This document shows, one piece after another, positions 48,810 to 61,654 of a DNA stretch of 64,000 nt; the stretch's first letter is position 1; every line of letters starts with the position of its first letter. The stretch spans positions 3,658,001-3,722,000 of the forward strand of contig NC_058368.1 in assembly GCF_018350175.1 (NCBI RefSeq), written 5' to 3'. Position numbers and translations under genes: made by a program. Source of the stretch: Felis catus. Taxonomy: Eukaryota. The notes under the pieces are model-generated. The model saw nothing but the letters and a program-made list of their open reading frames with translations. It searched no databases and was not told where the DNA came from.

Positions 48810-51005
48810 CATCCCATATTACCTTTTTAAGTGGTAAGAACACGGAGGTTCTGCTCTCTTAACAAATTTCATTTACACATGCAGTATTAGCAACTATAGC
48901 CACCACGTTATTCATTAAGCCCTCAGATCTTATTCATCTTATAACTGGAAGTTGGGACCCTTTACCAACCTCTCCCCATTTCCCTCAATACCCACCCCGG
49001 GCAACCACCATTCTACACACTGTTTCTATGACTTCAACTTTTTTTTTAAAGATTCCACCTATAAGTGATACCATACAGTATTTATCTTTTCTCTGCTTGT
49101 CTCGTTTCAATTAGCATAATGCCCTCAAGGATAATCCATGGCACAAATGACAAGACTTCCTTCCTTTTTAAAGGCTGACTAACGTTTCAGCGTGTGTGTG
49201 TGTGTGTGTGTGTGTGTACGTCTTTGATATTTTCTTTATCCATTCACCTATTAACAGATATTTCAGTTGCTTCATATTTTGGCTATTATAAATGCTATTA
49301 GGATGCTGCAATCGACATGGGAGTACAGGTATCTCTCCAAGATGGTGATTTCATTTCCTCTGGACATATACCCAGAAGTAGGTAATTCTATTTTTCACTT
49401 CTTTTTTTTTCTTAATTGTACGTTTTTATATTTAGTTCCTTGAATCCTCCATACTGTTTTCCATGGTGGACCTACTGGTTTACGCCATGACCAACAACGC
49501 ACAAGAATTCCCTTCTTTCCACATCTTCACCAGCATTTTTAAATCTTTGATCTTTTTGACACTGGATATCCTAACAAGTGTGAGGTGATACCTCATTGTG
49601 ATTTTGATTTGTGACCAAAACCTGATGATTAGTGATACTGAGCACCTTTTCATGTATCTGTTGGCGTTCCGTATGTCTTCTTTCAGAAAATGTCCATTTT
49701 TTAATTGGATTATTTGGTGTTTTGCTATTGAGTTATAGGAATAACCTTATATATCTTGGGTATTAACTCTTTACCGAATATCTGATTTGCAAATTTCTCC
49801 CATTTGGTAGGTGTTTGTTCATTTTCTGTTGATGGATTTCTTTGCTGTGCAGAAGCGTTTTAGTTTGACACAGTTCCACATGTTTCTTTTTGCTTTTTTT
49901 TTTAACCTGTGCTTTTGATGTTAAATCTAAAAAAAAAAAAAAAACAAGTGTCCAGGCCAGTGTCAAGGCCTGTTTTCCCTATGTTTTCTATGTTTCTGAT
50001 TTCAGATTTTAGATTCAAGTCTTTAATCCACTTTGAGTTGATTTTGTTTGTGGTATAAATAAAGGTAGAGTGTCATTTCTTGGCATGTGGATATCAAGTT
50101 TTCCCATAACCATTTATTGAAGAAACCTCCTTTCCCCATTATATATTTTTGGCTCCTTTGTCAAAAGTTAATTGACCATGGGGCACCTGAGTGGTTCCGT
50201 TGGTTAAGCGTGACTTCAGCTCAGGTCACGATCTCACGGTTTGTGGGTTCAAGCCCAGTGGTCCACACTGATAGTGTGGAGCCTGCTTGGGATTCTCAAT
50301 CTCTCCCTCTCTGCCTCTTCTCCACTCATGCTTTCTCTCTTTCAAAAATAAATAAATCTTTTGTTAAGAAAAGTTCATTGACCATATATGTGTGGATTTG
50401 TTTCTAGGATCTCAGTTTCATTCTATTTTATGCCAACCCCATACTGTTTTGATTTCTATAGCTTTATACTGTAGGTTTGAAATCAAGCAGCATCTGGGAA
50501 AGTATGCAACTTAAACCCCTTCCAGGAAGAAACTGAGAAATGGGTGTTTTTGCTTGTTCCTCGGCACTGAACGCTGGTGGGGAGAGCCACGGTGAGTATC
50601 ATGTGTGAGTGTCATCTGCTTCTTTGTGTGCTGGAGTCCTGTACAATTCATCGACACAAGCCCTCTTGGCTTTCAGAGCAAAGTGATTTGGGGGACCATC
50701 CCCCGGGTGGTAGCCTGAAAATTCAGCTGTGTGGCCCAAACCCTTCATTCTCAGGGAGAAGCTGAGAGTCGGGGGATCTCTCCCAATTGTATGGCCCTCT
50801 ATCAGGGGTGGAATTTAGAGTGAGAGTGTGTTCCAGCCTTTCCTACTCATTTCCATGTGGGTATTTTCTCAGTTGTTATGCAGGAGTCACCCATCTAGTT
50901 TCTGAATTTCTCTCAGAGGGAACTGTTCTGTGTGTAGCTGTACAACTGATATGTGCATGGGAGGAGGAAAATTCGGGAGCCTCTTATGTCACCATCTTTG
51001 TACAG
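48810..51005 (-). mobile_element. LINE-1 (L1MA-like) 3'UTR and ORF2 C-terminus (to ~50490) joined to a 5'UTR-like segment (~50500-51005)
   Basis: gtggtaagaaca...aacaaatttc 3' end; ORF2 to ttgaaatcaag; then a segment ending gagcctcttatgtcaccatctt, like the L1 5' terminus at ~6550-6580. Confidence 0.75.
50179..50360 (+). mobile_element. CanSINE
   Basis: TSD aaaagtt(a/c)attgaccat. Confidence 0.93.
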
Positions 51006-51024
51006 AGTCTCTAGATATGTTTAC

Positions 51025-51238
51025 TTTTTTTTTTTAATGTTTCTTTATTTTTGAGACAGAGAGAGACAGAGCATGAACGGGGGAGGGGCAGAGAGAGAGG
51101 GAGACACAGAATCGGAAGCAGGCTCCAGGCTCCGAGCCATCAGCCCAGAGCCCGACGCGGGGCTTGAACTCACGGACCGCGAGATTGTGACCTGAGCTGA
51201 AGTCGGACGCTTAACCGACTGAGCCACCCAGGTGCTCC
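51025..51238 (-). mobile_element. Young CanSINE (SINEC_Fc)
   Basis: Near-consensus; TSD tagatatgt(t/c)tactttt. Confidence 0.97.
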
Positions 51239-52010
51239 TAGATATGTCTACTTTTTCATGCAATTCTGTCAGGTCAGGCATCACATATTTTGATGTTTTG
51301 CTGTTAGGTGTATTCACATCGAGGATGTTATGTCTTCTTGGAACATTGCCTCCTTTATCATTGCAGAATGCTCTTTTTCATGACTAATAATTTTCTTTGT
51401 TCTGAAGTTGGCTTTGTCTGCAATTAATGTAGCTGTTCCAGCTTTCCTCTGACTAGAGTTAGCATGGTATATTTTGTACGCCCTTTTACTTTTATCTGTG
51501 TCTTGATGTTTAGAGTTTGTTATAGGCAACACAGTTGGGCCATTCTTTTTTTTCTCCACTCCAACAGTCTCTATTTTTTTAAATTAGCGTGATTATTGAT
51601 AGAGATGGGTTAACATCTACCATGTTGGTAATTGTTTTTCTATTCACTGCTCTTCTTCTTTGTTTCTTCATTTTTCTCCCTTCCCTTCTTTTTCTACATT
51701 TTCTGATATAAACTGAGCATTATACATTATTCCATTTTCTCACTTCACTTAGTACAGCACTTATACTTCTGTTTTTTTAATTCCTTAGAACTGTAAAATG
51801 CATTATGAATCTAAGTCTACTTTTCACGTAACAGTATACCACTTTCAGGGATAATGCAGGTGGCTTATAATCAAGTATCCTCAAGTCCTCCTTGTAACAC
51901 TGCTGTCGTTCATTTTACTTATTCATAGGCCACATGCACCCAATAAATTGCTATACTGTTAATTTAAAAACCAAAGTTATCTACTCAATTAATTGAGAAA
52001 AAATAAACTA

Positions 52011-52224
52011 GGGGTGCCTGGGTGGCTCCATCCATTGAGCGTCAACTTGGACTCAGGTCATGATCTTGCAGTCTATGAATTTGAGCCCTGCATTGAGCTC
52101 TGTGCTGACAGCTTGGAGCCTGGAGCCTGCTTTGGATTCTGTGTCTCCCTCTTTCTCTGCCCCTTCTCTGCTCACACTCTGTCTCTTTCTCTCTCTCTCT
52201 CTCAAAAATAAATAAACATTAAAA
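52011..52224 (+). mobile_element. CanSINE
   Basis: ggggtgcctgggtggctc head; tail continues into the purine tract. Confidence 0.95.
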
Positions 52225-52348
52225 GGAAGAAAGAAAGAAAGAAGAAAGAAAGAAAGAAGGAAAGAAGGAAGAAAGAGAAAGAAAGAACAAAGAAAGAAAG
52301 AAAGAAAGAAAGAAAAGAAGGAAGGGCAAAAGAAAGAGAAAGAAAGAG

Positions 52349-52383
<35 letters not shown>

Positions 52384-52401
52384 AAAGAAGGAAGGAAGGA
52401 A

Positions 52402-52439
<38 letters not shown>

Positions 52440-52716
52440 AGAAAGAGAGAGAAAGAAAGAAGAAAGAGAGAGAGAAAGAAAGAAAAGAAGGAAGAAAAGA
52501 AAGAGAAAGAAAGAAAAGAAGGAAAGGAAGAAAAAGAAAGAAAGAAAGAAAGAAGAAAGAGAAGGAAAGAATGAAAGAAAGAAAAGAAGGAAAGAAAGTA
52601 AAAAAAGAAAGAAAGAAAAGAAGGAAGGAAGAAAGAAAGAGAGAGAGAGAAAGAAAGAAAGAAAGGAAGGAAGGAAGGAAGGAAGAAAAGAAGGAAAGAA
52701 AGAAAGGAAGAAAGAA
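52224..52716 (+). repeat. ~490-bp compound (GAAA/GGAA/GA)n polypurine microsatellite
   Basis: Almost only A/G on the + strand. Confidence 0.98.
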
Positions 52717-54729
52717 ATTTTACTTTCATTTATTCCTTCTCCATCCTTGTTCCTTTCTTTCTGTAGGTCCAAGTTTCTGTGTTGATCTGCCATTCACAAA
52801 ATTCCCTCGATTTTTGTTTGTCTGATAGAATCTTTGTTTTTTCTTCACTTTTGAAGAATAATTACATGGGATAAAGAATTTTAGGTTGGTGTTCTTCCAC
52901 TTCCAGCACTTTAACTATTTCAGCCACTTCCCGCTTGCACGCTTTTTAATCTGAAGTCTAATGTAATTCTTATCGTTGTTGCCTTATACATAAGCTGTTA
53001 TTTTCCTCTGGGTTCTTTCAAGCTTTTCTTTGTCTTTGCTTTTCTGCAGTTCAAATGTGTTATGCCCGAGTGTCCACTTTTGGTATTTATCTCGGCATAC
53101 CCCAAGTCTTCTGGATCTGGGGTTTGGTGTCAGCCATTGGTTTTGGACATTCTTAGCTATTATTACTTTAAAAATTCCTTCTATTCTTTTCCTTATTTTC
53201 TCTCTGATGTTGCAATAATGCATATACTGCTTCTTTTCTAATTGCCCCCATAATCCTCAGATATTCTATCTTTTTTAAATTTTGTTTTCATCTTTGCATT
53301 TTAGTTTGGTAATTTTCTATTGAAATGTCTTCAAGCTCGCTGATTCTTTCCTTGGTTGTATTCAATCCCAGGTATTCTTTTCTTTTTCAGTGTTTATGAT
53401 TTCTAGTATTTCCTTTGGATTCTTTCCAGTAGTTTTTGTCTCTGCTTCCGTTGCCCATCTGCCCTTGTGTGTTGTCCACTTTTTCCATTCGAACAATTAG
53501 GGTATTAATCAGAGTTAATTGAAGTTCTCTCTCTGAAGATTCCAAAAGCTGTGTCACACCTGAGTCTGGTTCTGATGCTTGCTTTGGCTTTTCAGAGTGT
53601 GTTTCTTGTCTTTTGAGGTGTTTTTGTTTTTATTTTCGTTTTTTAGCATACCTTGCCATTTTTGTTGTTGGTGTTGTTGTTGGAAGATGACATGATGTGT
53701 CGGGTAATAAGAAATGAGGTAAACAAGTCTTTAATGTGAGATTTTATGTTGATTTGGCTAAGAGCTGGGGTGTGTTTAATGTTCACTCCAGCTGCAGGTG
53801 CCAGAGGCTTCAGTATCCTCTAGCACTCTTGTTCCCCACCCCCCTCATGTCTTGGGGTTTTCCTAAGAACTCCTACTCAAGTAGAGTTTGTGTCTTGCCG
53901 TTCTTTAAACCATAATCCACTCTAATATACTGGAGCCCTGTTAACCCAGAGGTAAGATGCGGTGCAAATGAAGCATTTCCTATCTTTCAATTAAATCTCA
54001 GCCTTTTAATGGACCCGAGTCCCTGGGCTGTGAGCTTCAGAAGTGCTTCGCAGCGTTTTAGGTAAAACAGGAAGTCTAGAGGGGGCTGGAGCTGACTAAT
54101 CACCTCCCACCTGGTCAGATAAGGCTCCTGGAAAGTTCTTTCCCTAGGAGAGTAAGCCTTTGTGATGGAGAACACTCCAGGCCTAGATCAGTATGGTGGC
54201 TTTTCCTTCTCACCCTGCCAGGTACAGGAGGGGGTTTTTCACCATGAGAGTATGGGGGAGTTTCTGGGAGAAAGACCCGTGAATATGTAGGGCACCCTTA
54301 AACCTGGCCCCCAGGAGCTGCTCACTTTCAAGCTCTGGATCTAAAGAAAACCAAACAATAGACTCACAGTCATTCAGCTAATTGCTTTTGTTTTCACTGC
54401 CGTGGTTTTAAAGCATCGTGGAAACCCTAAGAGGTGTCAGACATGATACCCATTTCTAATATTTTAAGTGGAAATGAAGGGCTTATACCACAACTGCAAT
54501 ATAGATGTTCTCAAATGTCACTCTCAGTTTGAACCTTGAGTTAATTATCTGGATATGATGAGTAATATACAGTAGATATTGTTCTCCCGTCCACTTTGTA
54601 GATTTATTCCCTTGCCCTCCTTTAAGAGGATTCACATTCGAAAACAGATGAATTGTCAGCCATCTAATCCACATTATTACTATGAAATAGCTGCTTGCAG
54701 AGTATCGGAAAGATTAAGACCAGGAGCTC

Positions 54730-54937
54730 TTTTTTTTTTTAATTTTTTAATATTTGTTTAGTTTTGAGACAGAGAGACAGAGAGTGAGCAGGGGAAGGGC
54801 AGAGAGAGAGGGAGATGCAGAATCCAATGCAGTCTCCAGGCTCTGAGCCATCAGCACAGAGCCTGACGTGGCCAGACCGTGAGATCATGACCCGAGCCAA
54901 GTCAGTTGCTTAACCCACTGAACCCCCCAGGTGCCCC
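54730..54937 (-). mobile_element. CanSINE
   Basis: Consensus body; degenerate TSD accag..ctctt. Confidence 0.93.
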
Positions 54938-55139
54938 CAAACCAGTAACTCTTTAAGTGGGTTTTCACTGCACCCTGCCCACCCCGTGCGTGTCAGACAG
55001 CTAGTCCAGAGGAGGACTTCCTGGGAAGAGTCCACCCTGACTGTGGAGGCCCCTCTAACTATGTGCTTTTCCAACTAGACACAGGAAGAAGCAGTGAATG
55101 AGCAGCCCTCCGGAAAATGCCTTGTGTAGCTTGAAGGAC

Positions 55140-55340
55140 CTTCCCCTCATCTGTTTTAGAGAGATGAGGCAACTCGCCAGGTGCCCCCTGGAAGTTTATA
55201 GTTCATGCAGACTTAGTTTTGACTCGGCTCCTCTCTTGGCCTTATTGGCTTTCGGACTTTCACGTTAATTTCCCGAACTTCTGTTTCCTCATCTATAAAA
55301 TGGCGAGACAAGCCTATTTCATTGCCTAGCATGTGATGAG
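55140..55340. mobile_element. MIR fragments
   Basis: ctgttttagagagatgagg; ctgtttcctcatctataaaatgg. Confidence 0.6.
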
Positions 55341-55689
55341 AGTTCAGGAAAGGCCACTAAACTACTCACAGGAAACATACTTCTAATTTTAGTGCCATTA
55401 TAAGAGCATCGTGTGAAGTAAGTAGAACAAAGGCCGAAGATGGTTGTAAATGTAAATGGCAAGGAACAGAGTCAATGTGCAGTCCCAGGCCGTCGTCTAC
55501 AATCTAGTGGCAAAGTGACAGGCAGCACTGCGGACACCTACGCCCCCTACTTAGATCATCCCCGTGCCCTGTAGGAAAACACGAAGACCACCCACCACAG
55601 AGCACGAGCCGCAAGTTCATTTCATGATTCTTTCTCTCAGATAAGGTGAGCCTAACAGAAAGGTCTATTCTATCTTTCTTAGGTTTGTT

Positions 55690-55882
55690 TTATTTTTTTA
55701 CTGTTTATTTATTATTTTTGCGAGCGAGGAAGACAGCGTGAGCAGGAGAGGGGCAGAGCAGGGGGCGGGGGAGAGGGGAGACAGAGGATCTGAAAAGGGC
55801 TCTGTGCTGACAGAAGAAAGCCCCATGCAGGGTTCGAACTCCCAAACTGTGAGATCCTGATCTAAGCCGCCCCCCGGCTCCC
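55690..55882 (-). mobile_element. CanSINE (gaggatctgaa variant)
   Basis: gacagaggatctgaaaagggctctgtgctgacag...cagggttcgaactc. Confidence 0.9.
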
Positions 55883-57004
55883 CAGCTTTGTTTTAAATAT
55901 AATGGAATCACAGTACTTTACACATAAAAAGGGACCGATACTTATTTTTGAAGTGACAAAAATATTTCCAGTGTAGAAATTGTAATGGCAAATTCACAAC
56001 GTAGACATAAGCGTCTGGTCTGCAGTGTCGAAAAGAGAACCAAAAAGGTTTTACATAAAGGCATAGAAAATATTCCTAAGACACAAACTGACAGAAAGGT
56101 CTTTCAAGAGGTACGACCTTTTCAGAGGTCCGACAGAAGGGAAAAGAAAAGAATTGGGGGGTTGTTCGGTATGAAAAATGGTGAAAATCAAATTCTCAGG
56201 TAGGAGGCAGCTGAGGCATTGGAAATGTAGGCATCAACCCCTAGTATCTACATGGTGTGCAGACAGCATCATGGGGCCAAGTGCCTGATGAAGATTGGGG
56301 AGAAAAAGGGAGGGAGGCAAGGCTACCACGGAGCTAGGCACCCAAGGGCTCAAGCCAAAATGCTACAGCATCAAAGGACTGGCAGCCTGGCAGAGCGGTC
56401 AATGTTACCCTTGTCCGAAGCCTTGTCACGTTGTGATGTCCCTTTAATTCCCAGTTGCCCTCGGACTGTGAACAGCAGGACTCACCGTTGCATTAAGAAC
56501 CGTGCGGGGAGAATAAAACGTTACAAGTGGGAGAGGGCAAAGAAAAAAGGGTTTTAAAAAGTAAGTAACTGGCTCAGAGGAAACAAAAGCAAAGCATCAG
56601 GAAAATATCTTTGGTTTAGTGGCAAAGGACGGCAAGTTTCCAAAATATTAGGTGCCGTCGTCATAAGACAGAATGAGTTAGAGAATGACAAGTTACTTAG
56701 CAGAAGGTAAAAACCACTATCCAAATGGGAGAGGTAATCGCCGTAGACGTAATCATCATGTCAAAACTTACTGCTGTACTAGTTTGTTTTACGTCCGGAG
56801 CAATTTCATAGATGAAAGGAAATGATGTCTTGTCTAGAGAATCTAGAAGATCACAGGCTACCTCAGAGCCAAATAGTGTCAGGCCTCTTCCCCGCGAAGC
56901 AGGATGAAAAATAAACCATTTCGCTGTGTACTGGCTGTGAAAATTATATTACGGTTTTCTATTTTACCCAAAGAAAGAAATAATTTTAAGAGCGAACCCT
57001 TCAT

Positions 57005-57257
57005 GGAGCGCTTGGGTGGCTCAGTTGGTTAAGCGTCCAACTCTTGATTTAGGCTCAGGTCATGATCTCATGGGTTCGTGAGATTGAGCCCCGAGTCGGG
57101 CTCGGGGCTGACAATGTGGAGCCTGCTTAGGATTCTCCCTCCCTCTCTCTGCGCCTCCCCTGCTTTCCCTCTCTCGCTCTCTCTCTCTCTCTCCCTCCCT
57201 CCCTCCCTCTCTCTCCACCTCTCTCTCTCTCTCTCTCAACAAACACTTTTTTAAAAA
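57005..57257 (+). mobile_element. CanSINE with expanded CT tract
   Basis: gagcgcttgggtggctcagttggttaagcg head; TSD aagagc..a.ccttca. Confidence 0.95.
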
Positions 57258-58162
57258 AGAGCTGATCCTTCACATTTTTAATGATTTGTTGGTAAAATAT
57301 CCTTTGAATTAGGTCCAAATTTCCTTCTTTGTTAAGTTGAAAACAACAGTTTTACAGAAAACATTCTCATATATATTAATTTAGGATTTCTCTGAACATC
57401 CTGTTTTAGGTATAAAATGTTTTAGTGCTAAACCAAGGAGTTTTTCCTTCTGTTGTTTTTCTTTATACTAATTTTTTCCCTCTTCCATAAAGGGCTCTTT
57501 TTTGAAAAATTTTAAAGATTTTTTTTTTTTTTTTACTTTCATCCTAGAGTATTCTACCCTAACCCATATCTTTCACTACTGGTACATCAATAGGTAATTG
57601 ACAAGGTATTGTATTTTGATTATGCAAAATGACATACAGTGTAATTTGCTCCTAGGTTACAAATAGAAAAGTCACCTCTTCCACACACACACCCCCCCCA
57701 CCAACGGCACTGCTCACAGTGTCTCTTCGCAATGCTCACCAGGAATTTGACGACTGTGGTCTATTTTCAGGCTGCAGCTTCTGGGCTCACAGCTCACACA
57801 AGCTGTTCTGTTCTGAGCTACGCATGACAACCAGCAGCAACCGTTCAGGACTTCCCATTGAACACCTGCTGCAGACAGGGAGACAGATAGTTACGATGCA
57901 GCGGCCCGTGTCTTTCTTCCCCAACTACCCAGAATCATTGTTAGTTTTCCGAGCACTTACATGGTTAAGGTAAATTATGCAGAGATGTGGAATTTCGAAC
58001 AGTTCTTTTATGCCCATCTTATTTTCTTTGTTTTAGCTGTTAACTAAAAATTAAAAAGTGATGGTAATAACTATCTCATAACTGACCCAAGCTCCAGTGC
58101 CTTGATTCTACCCCCTCCATGTTCCTCTTTCCTCTCTTTTCCTATGATCTCAGTGCTCTTTT

Positions 58163-58352
58163 CTTTTTATGTTTATTTATTCTTGAGAGAGACAGAGAGG
58201 GAGAGAGAGAGAGAAAACAGGGGAGGAGCAGAGAGAGAGGGAGACAGAATCCAAAGCAGGCTTCAGGCTCCAAGCTGTCAGCACAGAGCCCGATGTGGGG
58301 CTCGAACCCATGAACTGCGAGATCATGACCTGAGCCGAAGTCGGACTGACAG
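58163..58352 (-). mobile_element. CanSINE
   Basis: TSD ctcagtgctcttt. Confidence 0.95.
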
Positions 58353-58384
58353 ACTGAGCCACCCAGGAACTCCTCAGTGCTCTT

Positions 58385-59247
58385 TCAGAGACTATTTTTC
58401 AGCCTATAAAAATGAATCTGGACCACTTTCTGACACCATACACAAAAATAAGCTCAAATGGATGAAAGACCTAAATGTAAGATAGGAAACCATCAAAATC
58501 CTAGAGGAGAAAACAGGCAACAACCTCTTTGACCTCGGCCTCAACAACTTCTTACTAGGAACGATTCTGGAGGCAAGAGAAACAAAAGCAAAAATGAACT
58601 ATTGGGACCTCATCAAGACAAAAAGCTTCTGCACAACAAAGGAAACAATCAGCAAATCTAAAAGGCAACCAACTGAATGGGCGATGATATTTGCAAATGA
58701 CATATCAGATAAAGATTTTATATAGATATAAAATCTATAAGGAACTTATCAAACTCAACACCCCAAAACCAAATAATCCGGTGAAGAATCGGGCAAAAGA
58801 CAGGAATTGACAACTTTTCCAAAGAAGACATCCAGATGGCTAACAGACACATGAAAAGATGCTCAATATCACTCCTCATCAGGGAAATGCAAATCAAAAC
58901 CACAATGAGATACCACCTCACACTGGTCAGAGTGGCTAAAATTAACAACTCAGGAAACAACAGATGTTGGTGAGGATACGGAGAAAGAGGAACCCTTTTG
59001 CACTGTTGGTGGGAATGCAAACTGGTGCAGCTACTCTGGAAAAAAAGTGTGAAAGTTCCTCAAAAAATTAAAAATAGAACTACCTTATGACAGCAATTAC
59101 ACTACTAGGTATTTATCTAAAGGATACAAAATTGCTGATTCGAAGGGGCACATGCACCCCAATGTCTACAGCAGTGCTTTCAACAATGACCAAATTATGT
59201 AAAGAGCCCAAATGTCCATCGACTGATGAATGGATAAAGAAGATGTG

Positions 59248-59288
<41 letters not shown>

Positions 59289-59710
59289 GGAATACTACTT
59301 GGCGGTGAAGAAGAATGAAACTTTTGCAACAATGTGGATGGAATTAGAGTATATTATGCTAAATGAAATATGTCAGTCAGAGAAAGATAAATATATGATT
59401 TCACTCATATGTGGAATTTGAGAAGCAAAACAAATGAACATAGGGGAAAGGGAAGAAAAATAAGATAAAGCAGAAAGGGAGAGAAACCATAAGAGACTCT
59501 TCAATACACAGAATAAACTGAGAGTTGCTGGAGGGGAGGTGGGTGGGAATATGGGCTAAATGGATGATGGGCACTAAGGAGGGTACCTCTTGGGAAGAGC
59601 ACTGGGCATCATATGTAAGTGACGAATCACTAAATTCTATGCCTGAAATCATTATTACACTATATGTTAACTAACTTGGATTTAAATATAATTTAAAAAT
59701 TAAAAAAATA
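58385..59710 (+). mobile_element. 5'-truncated carnivore LINE-1 (ORF2 C-terminus and 3'UTR) with an internal (CA)n
   Basis: aatgaatctggaccactttc...KWMKDLNVR; gatgttggtgaggat...cactgttggtgggaatgc (Cys-rich domain); 3' end tatatgttaactaacttggatttaaa and A-tail; (CA)n ~59249-59286. Confidence 0.95.
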
Positions 59711-60367
59711 GAACTCAGAGCATACATTATTACTTTTCTCTCTATCTTCCGAAACGTGATGTCCCATATTTTCATTTTTAGCACCTTGACACGGGGCTTC
59801 CCTTATAGAGATTTCATGTGCCATCTAGGACTTTCATAGGTAGAGAGGAGTCTTGCTGTCTTCAAAGCCTCAAAGGACGGGCTGATTCTCTTGTTAGGGG
59901 CTAACACAGCTGGTGACTAGGTAAAGCCAGTGCTCACTGGCCATTCCCAAAACCCTAGGTCCTGTAAGAATTATGTTCAATTTACTCTGCCTGTGTTCAA
60001 AAAGAGGAGCGAGAAAGCCTGGATCACAGCACATCTGTTTACAGCAAGGTTTACTGAATATTTTAAACCCACTTTTGAGACCTACCACCAAGAAACAAAG
60101 GATTCCTTTCAAAATATGTTTGCTCATTGACAACGCACTTGGTCAGCCAGGAGCCCTGACGGAGACGAACAATGAGATTAATGTTGTTCTTATGCCTGCG
60201 GACACAACATCCGTTCTGCAGCCTGTGAGTCAAGGGGCAATTTTAACTTTCAAGTCTTAGTTTTTAAGTAATACATTCATAAGGCCATACCTCTCATAGT
60301 GATTCTGATGGATCTGAAGAAAGCAAATTGAACTTCTTCTGGAAAGGATTCACCATTCGAAAAAAAA

Positions 60368-60570
60368 TTTTTTTGAGTTTATTTATTTACTTTGAGAGAG
60401 AGCAGACACAAGTGGGGGAGGAGCAGAGAGAAGGAGAGACAGAATCCCAAGCAGGCTCCATGCCATGAGCGCACAGCTCGATGCGGGTTCTAACGCACAA
60501 ACCATGAGATCATGACCCGAGCTGAAACCAAGGGTCAGATGCTGAACCGACTGAGCCATCCACGCACCCA
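60368..60570 (-). mobile_element. CanSINE nested in Tigger1
   Basis: TSD ggattcaccattc. Confidence 0.95.
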
Positions 60571-61218
60571 GGATTCACCATTCTAGAAGCCATTCAAAAA
60601 TCTTTGATTCACAGGAAGAGGTCAAAATATCAACGCTCACATGAGTTCGGAAGATGTTGATTTCAAAAACTCACAGATGACTTTAAAGAGTTTGGGGCGT
60701 CAGTGGAGGCAGTCACTGCGGATGTGGTGGGAACAGCGAGAGAACCAGGACTAGAAGTGGGGCCTGAAGGTGGACGGTGTTGCCGTGATCTCGTGATAGG
60801 ACGTGATGGGGTGAGGACTGCTTCTCACGGCTGAGCAGAGAACGTGATTTCTCGAGCTAGAATCTGCTCCTGCTGACGATGCTGTGAAGCTTGTTGAAGT
60901 GACAATGAAGGATTCAGAATATTACATACACTTAGTAGACAAATCAGTGGTAGGCTATGAAAGCATTGATTCCCATCTTGAAGAAGTTCTACTGTGGGTA
61001 AAATGTTATCAAACAGCACCACAAGGTACAGAAAAATCATCCATAAAATGAACAGTCACTCGCAACAAACTTCACTGCTGTCTAGTTTTAAGAAATTGCT
61101 ACAGCCACCCCAGCCTTCACCAACCACTACCCTGGCCAGTCAGCTGCCCTCCGCCAGCAAAAAAGATGAAACTCACTGAAAGCTCAGATAATGGTTAGCA
61201 CTTTTTAGCAGTGAAGTA

Positions 61219-61448
61219 TTTTTTTTTAATTTTTTAAAATTTATTTTGAAAGAGACAGAGACAGTGCAAGTGGGGGAGGGACAGAGAGAGAGACAGAAAG
61301 AGACAGAGAGAGAGAGAGAGAGAATCCCAAGCAGAGATCTGCCAGCCCAGAGCCTGATGTGGGGCTTGAACCCACAAAGCTGTGAGATCATGACCTGAGC
61401 TGAAACCAAGAGTCAGACGCTCAACTGACTGAGCCACCCAGGAACCCC
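61219..61448 (-). mobile_element. CanSINE nested in Tigger1
   Basis: TSD ca(g/a)tgaagtatttttt. Confidence 0.95.
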
Positions 61449-61654
61449 TTCAATGAAGTATTTTTTAATTAAGGTATCCAGGTAATTTTCTTAGAAATAG
61501 TACTATTGCAACGTAATAGACTGCATCATGATATAAACACAACTTTAATATGCACTGGGAAATCAAAAACTTTATTTCACTCACTTGATTGTGATATTTG
61601 CTTTATTGCAGTGGTCTGGAACCAGACTGCTGATATCTCCAAGGTATGCCTGAA

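Larger units (their letters stand above)
51240..54340 (-). mobile_element. Old LINE-1 ORF2 5' end, ORF1 and 5' region (probably the continuation of the 45.3-48.1 kb element)
   Basis: Minus ORF KIYHANSSQRKAGTATLIADKANFRTKKI (EN N-terminus); ttttggacattcttagctattatt (ORF1). Confidence 0.8.
59818..61652 (+). mobile_element. Tigger1 DNA transposon, 5'-truncated with decayed transposase
   Basis: gccatctaggactttcatag...aggggctaa; ORF RIPFKICLLIDNALGQP..EINVVLMPADTTSVLQP (DDE region); 3' terminus atatctccaaggtatgcctg. Confidence 0.92.

Noticed and set aside
52053..52793. Longest ORF in the track (246 aa) and overlapping ORFs
   Set aside because: Low-complexity F/L/S translation of the (GAAA)n tract plus a SINE.
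59973..60260. Transposase-like ORF as a possible domesticated TIGD gene
   Set aside because: Tigger1 copy is 5'-truncated, has stops and frameshifts, and is interrupted by two SINEs.
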